A DNA stretch of 64,000 nt from an uncultured Chloroflexia bacterium (GCA_963825525.1 CAWGTN010000002.1:544001-608000); one strand, 5' to 3'. Shown: positions 21,225 through 30,636, counted from the stretch's first letter. Notes: generated by a model from the sequence alone, not told the origin. Numbers and translations: made by a program.

Positions 21225-22093
21225 CGCACGACCCTCTCGATCGGGACCACCAGGATGTCGCGGGCGCCCGCCTCCTTGAGCGCCGGCACGATGCGCCACA
21301 GCTGGCTGCGCTCGACGACTGAGTGGACGGCGATGAAGGCCGGGTCGGCGAGCGGCATGACCGTCGGCCCGGAGAGCCCGGGGATCAGGGCGCGGATCCG
21401 ATCGAGCGAATCGGCCGGCGCATTCATCATCATGTATTCGCGGCCCCGCGCATCGAGCACGCTTCGCAGCATCGCCACGAGGTCCCGCACGCGATCGTCC
21501 GCCTCGGCCATCCCGTTGCGTCCCACGAGCACCGCCTCGGAGGCGAGCAGCGTCGCGACGGGTCGCAGCCCGTTCATCCGCAGCGTCCCGCCGGATGCCA
21601 CGAGGTCGACGACTGCATCGGCCACGCCAAGCTGTGGGGTGACCTCAACCGCCCCTCGCACTTCCACGACCTGCGCCTCGACGCCAACATCGGCCAGGTA
21701 GGCGGCGGTGACGCGCGGGAACGAGGTGGCGATGCGACAGCCGACCAGGTCCTTCGCCGACGTCACGTCGGCATCACGCGGAACGGCCAGGACGAGCGAG
21801 CAGGCGCCGAAGCCGAGCGGCAGCACCGTCGACAGCTCACCGCCGTGCTCCGCGACGAGATCGGCGCCCGTGAGGCCGAGCTCGACGAGACCGTCCGCCA
21901 CGTACTCGGCGACGTCCTCGGTGCGGACGAACAACAGCTCGAGGTCGACATTGCGCACCGCGGCACTCAGCCGGCGCTCTGACAACTCGAACTCCAATCC
22001 GGCGCTGCGCAGCAGCTCGATGGCAGGCTCCGACAACCGCCCCTTGTTCGGGACGGCCAGGCGCAGGCGATCCATCGGCGTCGGCGGCGTCAT
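21221..22093 (-). CDS. hisG: ATP phosphoribosyltransferase, long form
   Basis: RLAVPNKGRL, R.EDV..YV, GAVE..P.LG.AD..VDLV.SG.TL..NGL plus the C-terminal regulatory domain. Confidence 0.96.
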   Translation of the reverse strand: MTPPTPMDRLRLAVPNKGRLSEPAIELLRSAGLEFELSERRLSAAVRNVDLELLFVRTEDVAEYVADGLVELGLTGADLVAEHGGELSTVLPLGFGACSLVLAVPRDADVTSAKDLVGCRIATSFPRVTAAYLADVGVEAQVVEVRGAVEVTPQLGVADAVVDLVASGGTLRMNGLRPVATLLASEAVLVGRNGMAEADDRVRDLVAMLRSVLDARGREYMMMNAPADSLDRIRALIPGLSGPTVMPLADPAFIAVHSVVERSQLWRIVPALKEAGARDILVVPIERVVR

Positions 22094-22437
22094 CGGCGTC
22101 GCCTGGCGCGCGCACGTCGGTCCAGCATGAGCCGGTATCCATCGCGCCCGTAGCGCAGCCACTGGTTGACTCGGCTGATCGTGGCGCTCGAGGCGCCGGT
22201 GCGTTCGCTGATGTCGTGGTAGCTCACGCCTTCGTCCAGGAGACGGGCGACCTCCCAGCGCGCGGCGAACTCGCGGAGCTCGTTGACGGTGCACAGGTCG
22301 CGCAGGAAGCGCAACGCCTCGTCACCGTCGCGAAGCGTGGCCACCGCGGCGGCGAGCTCGCGAAGCGGCTCGCTGATCCAGCGATCCTCGGTTCCGGTGC
22401 CCGCCGTTGACTTGTCTGATGCTTGCTGATTGGTCAT
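22090..22437 (-). CDS. TrpR-like YerC/YecD family repressor (HisR-like)
   Basis: FL.DLCT..EL....RW.VA.LL..G.SY..I...TGASSATISRV motif; first gene of the his operon. Confidence 0.9.
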   Translation of the reverse strand: MTNQQASDKSTAGTGTEDRWISEPLRELAAAVATLRDGDEALRFLRDLCTVNELREFAARWEVARLLDEGVSYHDISERTGASSATISRVNQWLRYGRDGYRLMLDRRARARRRR

Positions 22438-22438
22438 C

Positions 22439-22475
22439 GCTTTACCACGCTAAAGCATTAGCCCACCAGCGTCAA
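22439..22475 (-). promoter_or_regulatory. his operon promoter with overlapping palindromic operator GCTTTA-N6-TAAAGC
   Basis: -35 TTGACG (22475-22470), 17 bp spacer, -10 TAGCGT (22452-22447); the perfect inverted repeat at 22439-22456 covers the -10. Confidence 0.8.
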
Positions 22476-23938
22476 GCATCCCTTCCGGCCGCGGCGCGCG
22501 GCCAGCGCAGCGCAAAGACGGCCGCCGGCTTGCGCTGCTCGAGCTGGACGCTGCCGCCCATCGCGGTCATCGTGGCCTGCACCAGGTAAAGGCCCAGGCC
22601 CAGTCCCCTGCCGGCGGTCACGCGATCGCGGAACAGGCGAGCGGCGATGTCGTCCGCGATGCCGGGACCCTCATCGCTGACCCGCAGCGTCACGATGTCC
22701 CCGTCACGCACCGTCACCTGGATCGGGCCGCCGGGGGTCGAGTATCGGTCGGCGTTGGTCAGCAGGTTGGTGATGGCCTGCTCGCTGAGATGTCGATCAC
22801 CGACCACGCGGATCCCCTCCGACATCGCGACCCGCACGTCACGGTCGGAGCCGCGGGCACGGTAGCGCTCGATTGCCGATCCCAGCGCCGGCGCGAGGTC
22901 GAACGGCTCTCTCTCTGCCTCGACGTGGCCCGCGTCGGCGCGGGAGTAGAGCTCGAGCCGTTCGAGGATCTGGATGGCCGCATCCACCGATTCGAGCGCG
23001 CGCGCCCCGTGAGCGCCCGACCGGCTGGGGAGGGCCGGATCTCGCTGCGCAAGCTCGATCCTGGCCTTGGCGACCGCCAATGGGTTGCGCAACTCGTGCG
23101 CCACGAAGCTCGCGAAGCGCGAGAGTCGCCGGCGCTCGTCCTCCTCCTTGCCGATGTCCCGCAGCAGCAGGACCGCTCCGCCACCGGGGATGGGCGTCCC
23201 CTCGATGTCGGCGATCACGTCCCGGCCGCTCATCGGCACCCGCAGCGTCATCCGTCGTCGGAAGGCCTCGTGCTGCGCGCGCACCTGCGGCCACTCCGAG
23301 GACTCGAGCGCGGTGCCGCGCTCATCACGCGGCTCGGTGGCACGCCCCCACTCCTCGAGCGATCGCTCGACGAAGCTCCGCCCGAAGAGGCGCATCGCGG
23401 CCCGATTCCCGTAGGTTCCGCGAGGCTCCTCGTCGTACACGATGAGCGGCTCCGGAATCGCTTCGGCCACCTCCTCAAGGCGGGCGCGCTCGCGCTCGGC
23501 ATGGTCCAGGGCAGTATCGAGTTCGTGGCGCGCCGCCTCGAGTCGCACACGTTCGGCGTCCGCGTCGCGGCGGGCCTCACGGCTGGCGGCCAGTGCATCC
23601 TCGGCCATGCGCCGGCTGGCTTCCCCCCGGTACACGAGGTACACGATGACCGGCGAGCCGACCATGAACGCTGCCATCCGCACGACATCGGTCCCCTCCC
23701 ATCCCCTGCCACCGAGCCCGTAGGCACCGACCAGGATGACGGCCGCGCCGGCAAGGTACGCCCACGTGGCAGACGAGGCCCCCAGAGCGAGGCCGACGAG
23801 TGTCACCGCCAGGACCAATGGGACGGTGACCGGAACCTGCTCGCCGGACGCGCTGGCGAGCCATCCGCCGCCGACCGCGGTCGCGGCGCCGATCAGGGCG
23901 CCGAGCAGGGCGAACCGGTCCAGCCTGAGCAGTCTCAT
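22472..23938 (-). CDS. Membrane sensor histidine kinase (TM helices, coiled coil, PAS-like, HisKA, HATPase)
   Basis: H-box AHELRNPL, N-box NLLTNA.RY, G1 DEGPGI, G2 G.GLGL; no response regulator adjacent. Confidence 0.9.
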   Translation of the reverse strand: MRLLRLDRFALLGALIGAATAVGGGWLASASGEQVPVTVPLVLAVTLVGLALGASSATWAYLAGAAVILVGAYGLGGRGWEGTDVVRMAAFMVGSPVIVYLVYRGEASRRMAEDALAASREARRDADAERVRLEAARHELDTALDHAERERARLEEVAEAIPEPLIVYDEEPRGTYGNRAAMRLFGRSFVERSLEEWGRATEPRDERGTALESSEWPQVRAQHEAFRRRMTLRVPMSGRDVIADIEGTPIPGGGAVLLLRDIGKEEDERRRLSRFASFVAHELRNPLAVAKARIELAQRDPALPSRSGAHGARALESVDAAIQILERLELYSRADAGHVEAEREPFDLAPALGSAIERYRARGSDRDVRVAMSEGIRVVGDRHLSEQAITNLLTNADRYSTPGGPIQVTVRDGDIVTLRVSDEGPGIADDIAARLFRDRVTAGRGLGLGLYLVQATMTAMGGSVQLEQRKPAAVFALRWPRAAAGRDA

Positions 23939-23991
23939 CCGAGCGTGATGCTCCCCGCGTTCATCGAGTGTCACCCTAGCATCCGACGCCG

Positions 23992-25131
23992 TCAGCGGCC
24001 GCGTCGGGCCGCCGCACGCCGGGCCCGGGCCAGCCGCTCGCGGGCCGCCGCGATCCGGCGCCACGGACCGTGGACCCTGCGCGGATCAATGGCCTCTGGG
24101 TGCTCCCCGCGAGCGATCTCGGCCAGCAATGCCGATGCCCGATCGAGCTGTCCCGCCTCGGTGAGGAGCTGGACAAGGCTGAACCATCGCCCCGGATCGG
24201 TGACCGGCGCCGCCATGACCCGCTCGACCAGCTCCGCGGCTCGTCCGCCGTGGCCGGCGCGACGGTGCGCAACGATCGCCGCGCGATAGTCCGTGAAGGA
24301 CGGGGCGATCTCGAGCGACTCGAGGAAGTTCAGCAGCAGCTCGGCGTTCTCGGCGCGTTGCTCGTTGGGTCCGCGCCGGACGTGGGCGTCGCGGTATTCC
24401 CCGAGCAGCACGCGCAGCTCTCGCTCAGCCCAGCGCCGTTGGGTCGACCCGATCGGCTCGCGCTCGGCGACCTCGCGCAGTGCATTGGCGCCCCGAAGCT
24501 CCTCACCTGCCGCCAGGTAGGCGTCCCGCAGGTTCGCGTCGACGATCTCGGCTATCGGGGGTGCGCTGGCAACGATTCTCTCGAGGGTGCCGAGCCAGTC
24601 CTCGACCCGACCTCGATCCGCATAGTGGCGCGCCGCGAACCGCAGCCAGTAACGCTCGGAGTGTTCGCGCCAGTCCTCGCCCTCGATGTGATGCTCGACG
24701 ATCCACCGCTCCTGGGCAGCCGGCCCCGCCATGAACACGTCGGTCGGAACGCGGAACCCGGCGGCGGAGCGCCACTGCGGCTGATGCCATTGGCTCGGCA
24801 CTCCGGGCTCGGAACGCAGGTGGCGGGTGGGGCGCACGGTCCGTGGCGCCTCGCCCGCATCGAGCGGCCACGCCAGCGTTTCCGCACTGCCGCCCTCGAG
24901 GGCGTGGTCGTAGTGAAGCCGGCGGAGCGGGTCGCGCAGCTCGGCCCAGGCCCGATTGAGGATCGAAGTCCGGCGCGTCGCGACGTCGGATGAGGGGGCG
25001 CGATCCGGATGGTGCCGAAGCACGGCCGCGCGGAATGCGGCGCGCAACTGCGCGGACGAGGCAGACGGGTCCGTCCCGAGGACCTCGTAGTAATCGCGCA
25101 TCTCGGTGCGGGGCAGTGACGCGGTGGACAT
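23992..25131 (-). CDS. J-domain protein with helical/TPR-like C-terminal region
   Basis: DYYEVLG...LRAAFR...HHPDR...LNRAW..L.DP.RR..YD J-domain; -10 TAGACT 7 nt before ATG 25131. Confidence 0.85.
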   Translation of the reverse strand: MSTASLPRTEMRDYYEVLGTDPSASSAQLRAAFRAAVLRHHPDRAPSSDVATRRTSILNRAWAELRDPLRRLHYDHALEGGSAETLAWPLDAGEAPRTVRPTRHLRSEPGVPSQWHQPQWRSAAGFRVPTDVFMAGPAAQERWIVEHHIEGEDWREHSERYWLRFAARHYADRGRVEDWLGTLERIVASAPPIAEIVDANLRDAYLAAGEELRGANALREVAEREPIGSTQRRWAERELRVLLGEYRDAHVRRGPNEQRAENAELLLNFLESLEIAPSFTDYRAAIVAHRRAGHGGRAAELVERVMAAPVTDPGRWFSLVQLLTEAGQLDRASALLAEIARGEHPEAIDPRRVHGPWRRIAAARERLARARRAAARRGR

Positions 25132-25186
25132 CCGATCGAGTCTAGGGGACGTCCGGCCCATGGCGCACTTCGCTATGCTGCGAGCC

Positions 25187-26179
25187 ATGCCTGCGAAGAC
25201 GGGCTCGGGGCACGCCCGGGCCGGTCACCTCCTCATCATCGGCGGCGCCGAGGACAAGCTGCGACAGCGCCAGATCCTGTCCCGCTTCGTCTCGCTGGCC
25301 GGCGGCAGCCAGGCGCGGATCGTCATAATCTCTACCGCCTCGTCGCTCGGCGACGAGGCGACGGAGCTGTACCTGTCTCTGTTCCGCCAGATGGGCATCG
25401 GCGACGTTCGCGGGATGCGACCCCTCGTACGGGAAGATGCGAACGACGAACGGCTGGTGGCACAGCTGGACGACGCGACGGCAATCTTCATGACCGGCGG
25501 AAACCAGCTGCGACTCTCGAGTGTCATCGGCGGCACCGCATTGGGCCGCGCCATGATCGAGCGCCATGCGCAGGGGGCCATGGTCGCCGGCACCAGCGCG
25601 GGAGCATCGGCCATCGCCAGCCACATGGTCGCCTTCGGCACCAGCGGTGCCACTCCGAAGCAGCGAATGACCCAGATGAGCGCCGGCCTGGGACTGCTGC
25701 CCGGCGTGTTGATCGACCAGCATTTCGAGCAGCGCAATCGATTCGGCCGCCTTCTCGCGCTCGTCGCGCAGTCCCCAGCCCTGCTGGGCATCGGAATCGA
25801 CGAGGACACGGCAGCGCTCGTAAGCCCGAAGGGCATCCTGGAAGTGCTCGGGAAGGGATCCGTGGCGATCATCGACCCGGCCCACATCCAGACCGATGCC
25901 TACGAGGTCAAGCGCCACCGGCCGATCATGGTGTCGGGTGTCATGCTCCACTCGCTTCCCTCCGGATATCGGTTCGACCTCCGGAAGCGCACGCTGATGG
26001 CGCCGCTGCGCCCTGTGAGCGCCACCGATCGCGAGCTTGCGAGCCTCCAGGCAGCCACCAACAACACGCGACGCCTCATCCGGCGGATCGCTGCCGAGGG
26101 GGCCGACGACCAGGCTCCCGAGCGCGCGCGACGCCGCGCCACCCGGGCGAGCCGGATGGACCAGGAGGCGAGCGAGTGA
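25187..26179 (+). CDS. cphB: Cyanophycinase (S51 peptidase)
   Basis: IIGGAEDK, FMTGGNQLRL, GTSAGA (Ser), DQHF.QR.R.GRL (His), GIDEDT (Glu); overlaps cphA. Confidence 0.95.
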   Translation: MPAKTGSGHARAGHLLIIGGAEDKLRQRQILSRFVSLAGGSQARIVIISTASSLGDEATELYLSLFRQMGIGDVRGMRPLVREDANDERLVAQLDDATAIFMTGGNQLRLSSVIGGTALGRAMIERHAQGAMVAGTSAGASAIASHMVAFGTSGATPKQRMTQMSAGLGLLPGVLIDQHFEQRNRFGRLLALVAQSPALLGIGIDEDTAALVSPKGILEVLGKGSVAIIDPAHIQTDAYEVKRHRPIMVSGVMLHSLPSGYRFDLRKRTLMAPLRPVSATDRELASLQAATNNTRRLIRRIAAEGADDQAPERARRRATRASRMDQEASE

Positions 26180-29001
26180 CGGCCCGTACTCGTCGGGCCT
26201 CCCGTGCGACCCAGCACCCCCGGGTGTCGGATGGTCCGCCCGGTGCCGAGCCTGCGCCCGAGCTGAAGATCGTCGAGACCCGTGTCTACCGCGGGCCGAA
26301 CTACTGGAATTACGAACCGGCCATCAAGCTGATCGTGGACCTCGGCATCCTCGAGCACTTCCCGTCGAACACGATCCCCGGCTTCGTCGAGGGGCTGCTG
26401 CAGATGCTGCCCGGCGTCGGGCAGCACACCTGCGGGACCGGCAAGCCCGGCGGCTTCGAGGAGCGCCTTCGCGATGGGACCTGGGTCGGGCACGTCGCCG
26501 AGCACATCGCGCTCCAGCTCCAGCGCGAGGCGGGCAACGAGGTCGGGCGTGGAAAGACGCGCGGCACCGGGGAGCCCGGCCGCTATCACGTCGTGTACTC
26601 GTATGGCGAAGAGTCGGTTGGGCGCCGGGCCGGAACGCTGGCGGTCCGCCTCGTCAATCACCTCGTCAAGGCGGAGCCCGACTTCGACTTCCTCGCCGAG
26701 CTGGAGGCCCTCATCCGGCTGTCGGAGCGCGCGGCGTTCGGGCCTTCCACCCAGTCGATCCTGGACGAGGCCGCCCTGCGCGACATTCCCTGGATTCGCC
26801 TCAGCGAGGGATCGCTCGTCCAGCTCGGCCACGGCATCCACCAGCGGCGCATCCGGGCCACGATGACGAGCGCCACGGGATCGCTGGGAGTCGACATCGC
26901 ATCCGACAAGAAGCTGACGAACCGGCTCCTGGCCGCCACCGGGGTCCCGGTGCCCCGATCCGAGGTCGTTCGCGACGAGGACGGCGCCGTCGCCGCCGCG
27001 AACCGCATCGGGATGCCCGTCGCCATCAAGCCGCTGGATGGAAACCACGGACGCGGCGTCATGCTCAAGATCGATGACGAGGAGAGCGTTCGCGCGGGGT
27101 TCCGGGCGGCCAATGCCCAGACCCGCCGGGGCGCGGTCATCGTCGAAACCTACCTGGTCGGCAACGACTACCGCTGCCTGGTGATCGGCGGCGTGCTGCG
27201 TGCCGTTGCGCAGCGCGTGCCGGCACACGTCGAGGGTGACGGCAAGCACTCGCTGACCGAACTCGTCGAGATCACGAACTCCGATCCGCGGCGCGGCATC
27301 GGCCACGAGAAGGTCCTGACCCGGATCACGCTCGATGACGAGGCCGTCAGCTACGCCCGCGAGCAGGGCTTCGAGCTGTCCGACCGGCCCCCGCGCGGCC
27401 ATCGGGTGTACCTGAAGCGAACGGGGAACATGAGCACCGGCGGCATCAGCATCGACCGGACCGAGGAGGCGCATCCCGACAATGTCGAGCTTGCCGAACT
27501 CGCGGCACGGGTGGTCGGCCTCGACATCGCGGGCATCGACTTGATCTGCCCCGACGTCAGCCTGCCGGTGCGCGAAACGGGCGGAGGGATCGTGGAGGTG
27601 AACGCGGCACCGGGGTTCCGCATGCACACCCATCCGACCGAAGGCGAGTCGCAATACGTCGCCAAGCCGGTGATCGACATGCTCTTCCCGCCCGGCGTCG
27701 ACGCGCGCATCCCGATCGTGGCCGTGACCGGATCGAACGGCAAGACGACGACCGCGCGGATGATCTCGCACATCATGAAGGGAATGGGCCACAAGGTCGG
27801 CCTGACCAGCACGGACGGCATCTATGTCGACGGCCGGATCGTCCGCCGGGCCGATGCCTCCGGCCCGAAGTCAGCCTCGATGGTCCTGCAGAACCCGACG
27901 GTCGACCTGGCGGTCTTCGAAGTCGCGCGCGGCGGCATCCTGCGTGAGGGCCTCGGCTACCAGCGCAATGACGTGGCCGTCGTCCTCAACGTCACCGGCG
28001 ACCATCTCGGGCTGGGTGGGATCAACAGCATCAAGCAGCTGGCCGGCGTCAAGCAGGTCGTGGTCGAGGCCGTGCCCCGCGATGGCGTCGCGGTGCTGAA
28101 CGCGGACGACCCGCTGGTGGCCGAGATGGCGCGCGCCTGCTCCGGTTCGGTCATCTACTTCAGCATGGATCCCGATCACGAGCGCCTGAAGTTCCAGGCG
28201 TCCCGCGGCCGACGATCGGTGACGCTCGAGCAGGGCCGAAATGGCGAGATGATCGTCATGCGACAGGGACGCAAGAGCATGTCACTGGTGTGGACCCACC
28301 TCATCCCGGCCACGTTCGAGGGCCGTGCCCGCATGAACGTCCAGAACGCCCTGGCCGCCACGGGGGCCGCGTGGGCCGCCGGGGCGCACCTGCATGACAT
28401 CAGGCAGGGTCTGCGGACCTTCACCACCAGCTACTTCATGGCGCCCGGCCGCCTCAACATGTTCGAGCTCGACGGCTATCGGGTGGTGGTCGACTACGCC
28501 CACAACCCACCGGCCGTCCGGGCCCTGGGCGAGTTCGTCAACATGCTCACGGTCCCGTCGGCGGGTGGAGCGCGGGCGCCCGTCACGGGGCGCCGGATCG
28601 GGGTCATCGCCACCGCCGGTGATCGACGGGACGAGGACATCGTGGAGCTGGGCGCGGCGGCCGCGGCCTACTTCGACGAGATCATCGTTCGCGAGGATGC
28701 CAACAATCGCGGCCGGCCGCGCGGACAGACTGCCGAGCTGATCGTCAAGGGTGTCGAGTCCGCGCAGAACGACGCGTCGCGTGTCGAATCGACGATCACG
28801 ATCCTCGACGAGCTGGAAGCGACCCGGCACGCGCTCGACCATGCCCACGAGGGTGACGTCGTTGTCGTCTGCGTCGACCACGCCAACGAGGTCTGGAAGG
28901 AGCTGCAGCGCCGACAGCATGGGTCGGCGAGCGAGTCCGATGGACTCCAGGCGGTGGTCGGAGTCGTCGACGCGGACGACGAGATCGAGCTGGAGCTCTA
29001 G
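26176..29001 (+). CDS. cphA: Cyanophycin synthetase CphA1 (N + ATP-grasp + Mur ligase domains)
   Basis: RGPNYW N-domain with Cx19HxxEH, GPST..I, KPLDGNHGRGV, N.STGG..ID.T, EVNAAPGFRMH, AVTGSNGKTT, EVARGG, PGR.N, DYAHN. Confidence 0.97.
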   Translation: MTARTRRASRATQHPRVSDGPPGAEPAPELKIVETRVYRGPNYWNYEPAIKLIVDLGILEHFPSNTIPGFVEGLLQMLPGVGQHTCGTGKPGGFEERLRDGTWVGHVAEHIALQLQREAGNEVGRGKTRGTGEPGRYHVVYSYGEESVGRRAGTLAVRLVNHLVKAEPDFDFLAELEALIRLSERAAFGPSTQSILDEAALRDIPWIRLSEGSLVQLGHGIHQRRIRATMTSATGSLGVDIASDKKLTNRLLAATGVPVPRSEVVRDEDGAVAAANRIGMPVAIKPLDGNHGRGVMLKIDDEESVRAGFRAANAQTRRGAVIVETYLVGNDYRCLVIGGVLRAVAQRVPAHVEGDGKHSLTELVEITNSDPRRGIGHEKVLTRITLDDEAVSYAREQGFELSDRPPRGHRVYLKRTGNMSTGGISIDRTEEAHPDNVELAELAARVVGLDIAGIDLICPDVSLPVRETGGGIVEVNAAPGFRMHTHPTEGESQYVAKPVIDMLFPPGVDARIPIVAVTGSNGKTTTARMISHIMKGMGHKVGLTSTDGIYVDGRIVRRADASGPKSASMVLQNPTVDLAVFEVARGGILREGLGYQRNDVAVVLNVTGDHLGLGGINSIKQLAGVKQVVVEAVPRDGVAVLNADDPLVAEMARACSGSVIYFSMDPDHERLKFQASRGRRSVTLEQGRNGEMIVMRQGRKSMSLVWTHLIPATFEGRARMNVQNALAATGAAWAAGAHLHDIRQGLRTFTTSYFMAPGRLNMFELDGYRVVVDYAHNPPAVRALGEFVNMLTVPSAGGARAPVTGRRIGVIATAGDRRDEDIVELGAAAAAYFDEIIVREDANNRGRPRGQTAELIVKGVESAQNDASRVESTITILDELEATRHALDHAHEGDVVVVCVDHANEVWKELQRRQHGSASESDGLQAVVGVVDADDEIELEL

Positions 29002-30614
29002 CCGCCGAGCCCGACCGCCCTGACCAGCGCCGCCACGCGAGCGGCTTCGACCGGTTGGAATCCGTGGGCCTCCAACCAGACGAAGATCTCGTTGCGCTCG
29101 ACATGGGCCATCACCGCACACACGTCTCCCGGCTCAGCCCGGCGCAACTGCGCCTGGACCGCCCTCATCTCGTTGGGATGGGTTCCGATCCGGCCGCGAT
29201 ATCCGCCCCGACGCGCGCCTCGCCGCAGCAGATCGTTCATCTCACTCAGGTCACGGCCCCGAAGGTAGTGCCGCTTCTCGGCGATGACGAGGTCGTCGGC
29301 GGTTCCACCCAGCGAGCCGAGTGCGGTGAGGATCTCGTCGGTCCGATCCCCCGCCGTCCCGAACGCCAGGCGCACCGCGTGCTGCCCCGCGATCCCGCGC
29401 GCGACCTGCAGCAGCCCCTCGAGCCCGGCCTCATTGTGGGCGAAGTCCACGATGACGAAGATCCCGTCCCGCTCGTAGAGGTTGAGCCTGCCCGGATTTG
29501 CGCTCGCATCCTGGGCGAACGTGCGGAGTCCACGGGCGATGCGCGGAGCCGGGATCCCCAGCGCGTCGCTGGCTGCCGCGGCGGCAAGTGCATTCGCGAT
29601 GTTGTAGCGCGACAGGCCGCCCACGGTCACGGGAAGCTCGTCCGCCCGCCCGAGCCGCCGAGCCCGGCGGCCACCGCCCCGAAGCACGATCTCGCCATCC
29701 ACCAGGGTGGCGACCCTCCCGCCGTGCGCCTCGGCACGCCGCAGTCGATCGGACTCCGGGTCGAGGCTGAACGCGTAGACACGGGCCCGCGTACGACGAC
29801 GCATCGCCCAGGCACGGTCGTCATCGGCATTGAGCACCGCCCACCCATCCCTCTTGGTGATGGCGGGGACCACCCCCTTGACCTCGGCAAGCTCGTCGAG
29901 CGTGTCGATGCCCTGCAGGCCCAGGTGGTCGGCGCTCACGTTGGTCACCACGCTCACGTCATTCGCTGCGTAGCCGATCCCGCGAAGAAGGATCCCGCCA
30001 CGTGCCGTCTCGAGCACGGCGAGGTCGAGGCCGGGCTCCGCCAGGACGCGGCCGGCGCCACCGAACCCGGTCCAGTCGCCGGCCTCGACGAGCTCACCGC
30101 GCACGTAGATGCCGTCCGAGTTCGTCATGCCGACCTTCTTGCCGGCGACCGTCGCGATGTGCGCGATGAGGCGCGTGGTCGTGCTCTTGCCGTTGGTGCC
30201 GGTGACGGCGACGATCGGGATGCGCGGTCGCGGCAGATGGCTGAGCGGTCCGTGCGCGGTGGCGCGCAGCGCGGTGAGCTCGCGTCGCTCGGTCGACCGG
30301 CCGAGGGCGAGCCGGCTGGCCGCGGCAGCAATGGCCTGCGAGATCGTACGGCGACGCCAGGAGAAGGCCACCGCGACCCGCAGGCCATCGACCGAGCGCC
30401 GAGCCGTGATGCGCGGCGAACGAAGGCCGAGCGCCGCGTGGAACCGCCGGATCGCGTCGGCCGCCACCTCGGCCGCAGCGTCGGCCTCCCCCACCGCCTG
30501 CCCGGCGAACTCGAGCTTCAGGGCGGGGCGACGGAAGAAGCGGTTCGGCCCATCGAGGACCCGCAGCTCGACCAGCTCGACGGGAGCGTCCGTTTGGTCG
30601 GACCGGGGCGGCAT
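28998..30614 (-). CDS. CphA-related Mur-ligase protein lacking the ATP-grasp domain
   Basis: N-terminus ELVELRVLDGPNRF resembles the CphA N-domain start and joins directly to IPIVAVTGTNGKSTT, ETARGGIL, DHLGL.GI, LNADD, NPGRLN, DFAHN and AGDR. Confidence 0.88.
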   Translation of the reverse strand: MPPRSDQTDAPVELVELRVLDGPNRFFRRPALKLEFAGQAVGEADAAAEVAADAIRRFHAALGLRSPRITARRSVDGLRVAVAFSWRRRTISQAIAAAASRLALGRSTERRELTALRATAHGPLSHLPRPRIPIVAVTGTNGKSTTTRLIAHIATVAGKKVGMTNSDGIYVRGELVEAGDWTGFGGAGRVLAEPGLDLAVLETARGGILLRGIGYAANDVSVVTNVSADHLGLQGIDTLDELAEVKGVVPAITKRDGWAVLNADDDRAWAMRRRTRARVYAFSLDPESDRLRRAEAHGGRVATLVDGEIVLRGGGRRARRLGRADELPVTVGGLSRYNIANALAAAAASDALGIPAPRIARGLRTFAQDASANPGRLNLYERDGIFVIVDFAHNEAGLEGLLQVARGIAGQHAVRLAFGTAGDRTDEILTALGSLGGTADDLVIAEKRHYLRGRDLSEMNDLLRRGARRGGYRGRIGTHPNEMRAVQAQLRRAEPGDVCAVMAHVERNEIFVWLEAHGFQPVEAARVAALVRAVGLGG

Positions 30615-30636
30615 GTGCGTGAGTATATTGATCGCC
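30615..30636. promoter_or_regulatory. Bidirectional promoter with two overlapping -10 hexamers
   Basis: 22-bp spacer between divergent ATGs; TATATT (+, 30624-30629) and TATACT (-, 30627-30622) each lie exactly 7 nt upstream of an ATG. Confidence 0.75.

Noticed and set aside
28998-30614. Calling the Mur-only protein a cell-wall MurE/MurF or a decayed cphA duplicate
   Set aside because: Its motifs are CphA-type (GPN N-terminus, ETARGGIL, DHLGL.GI), the ORF is intact with its own promoter, and it is clearly diverged from the adjacent cphA.
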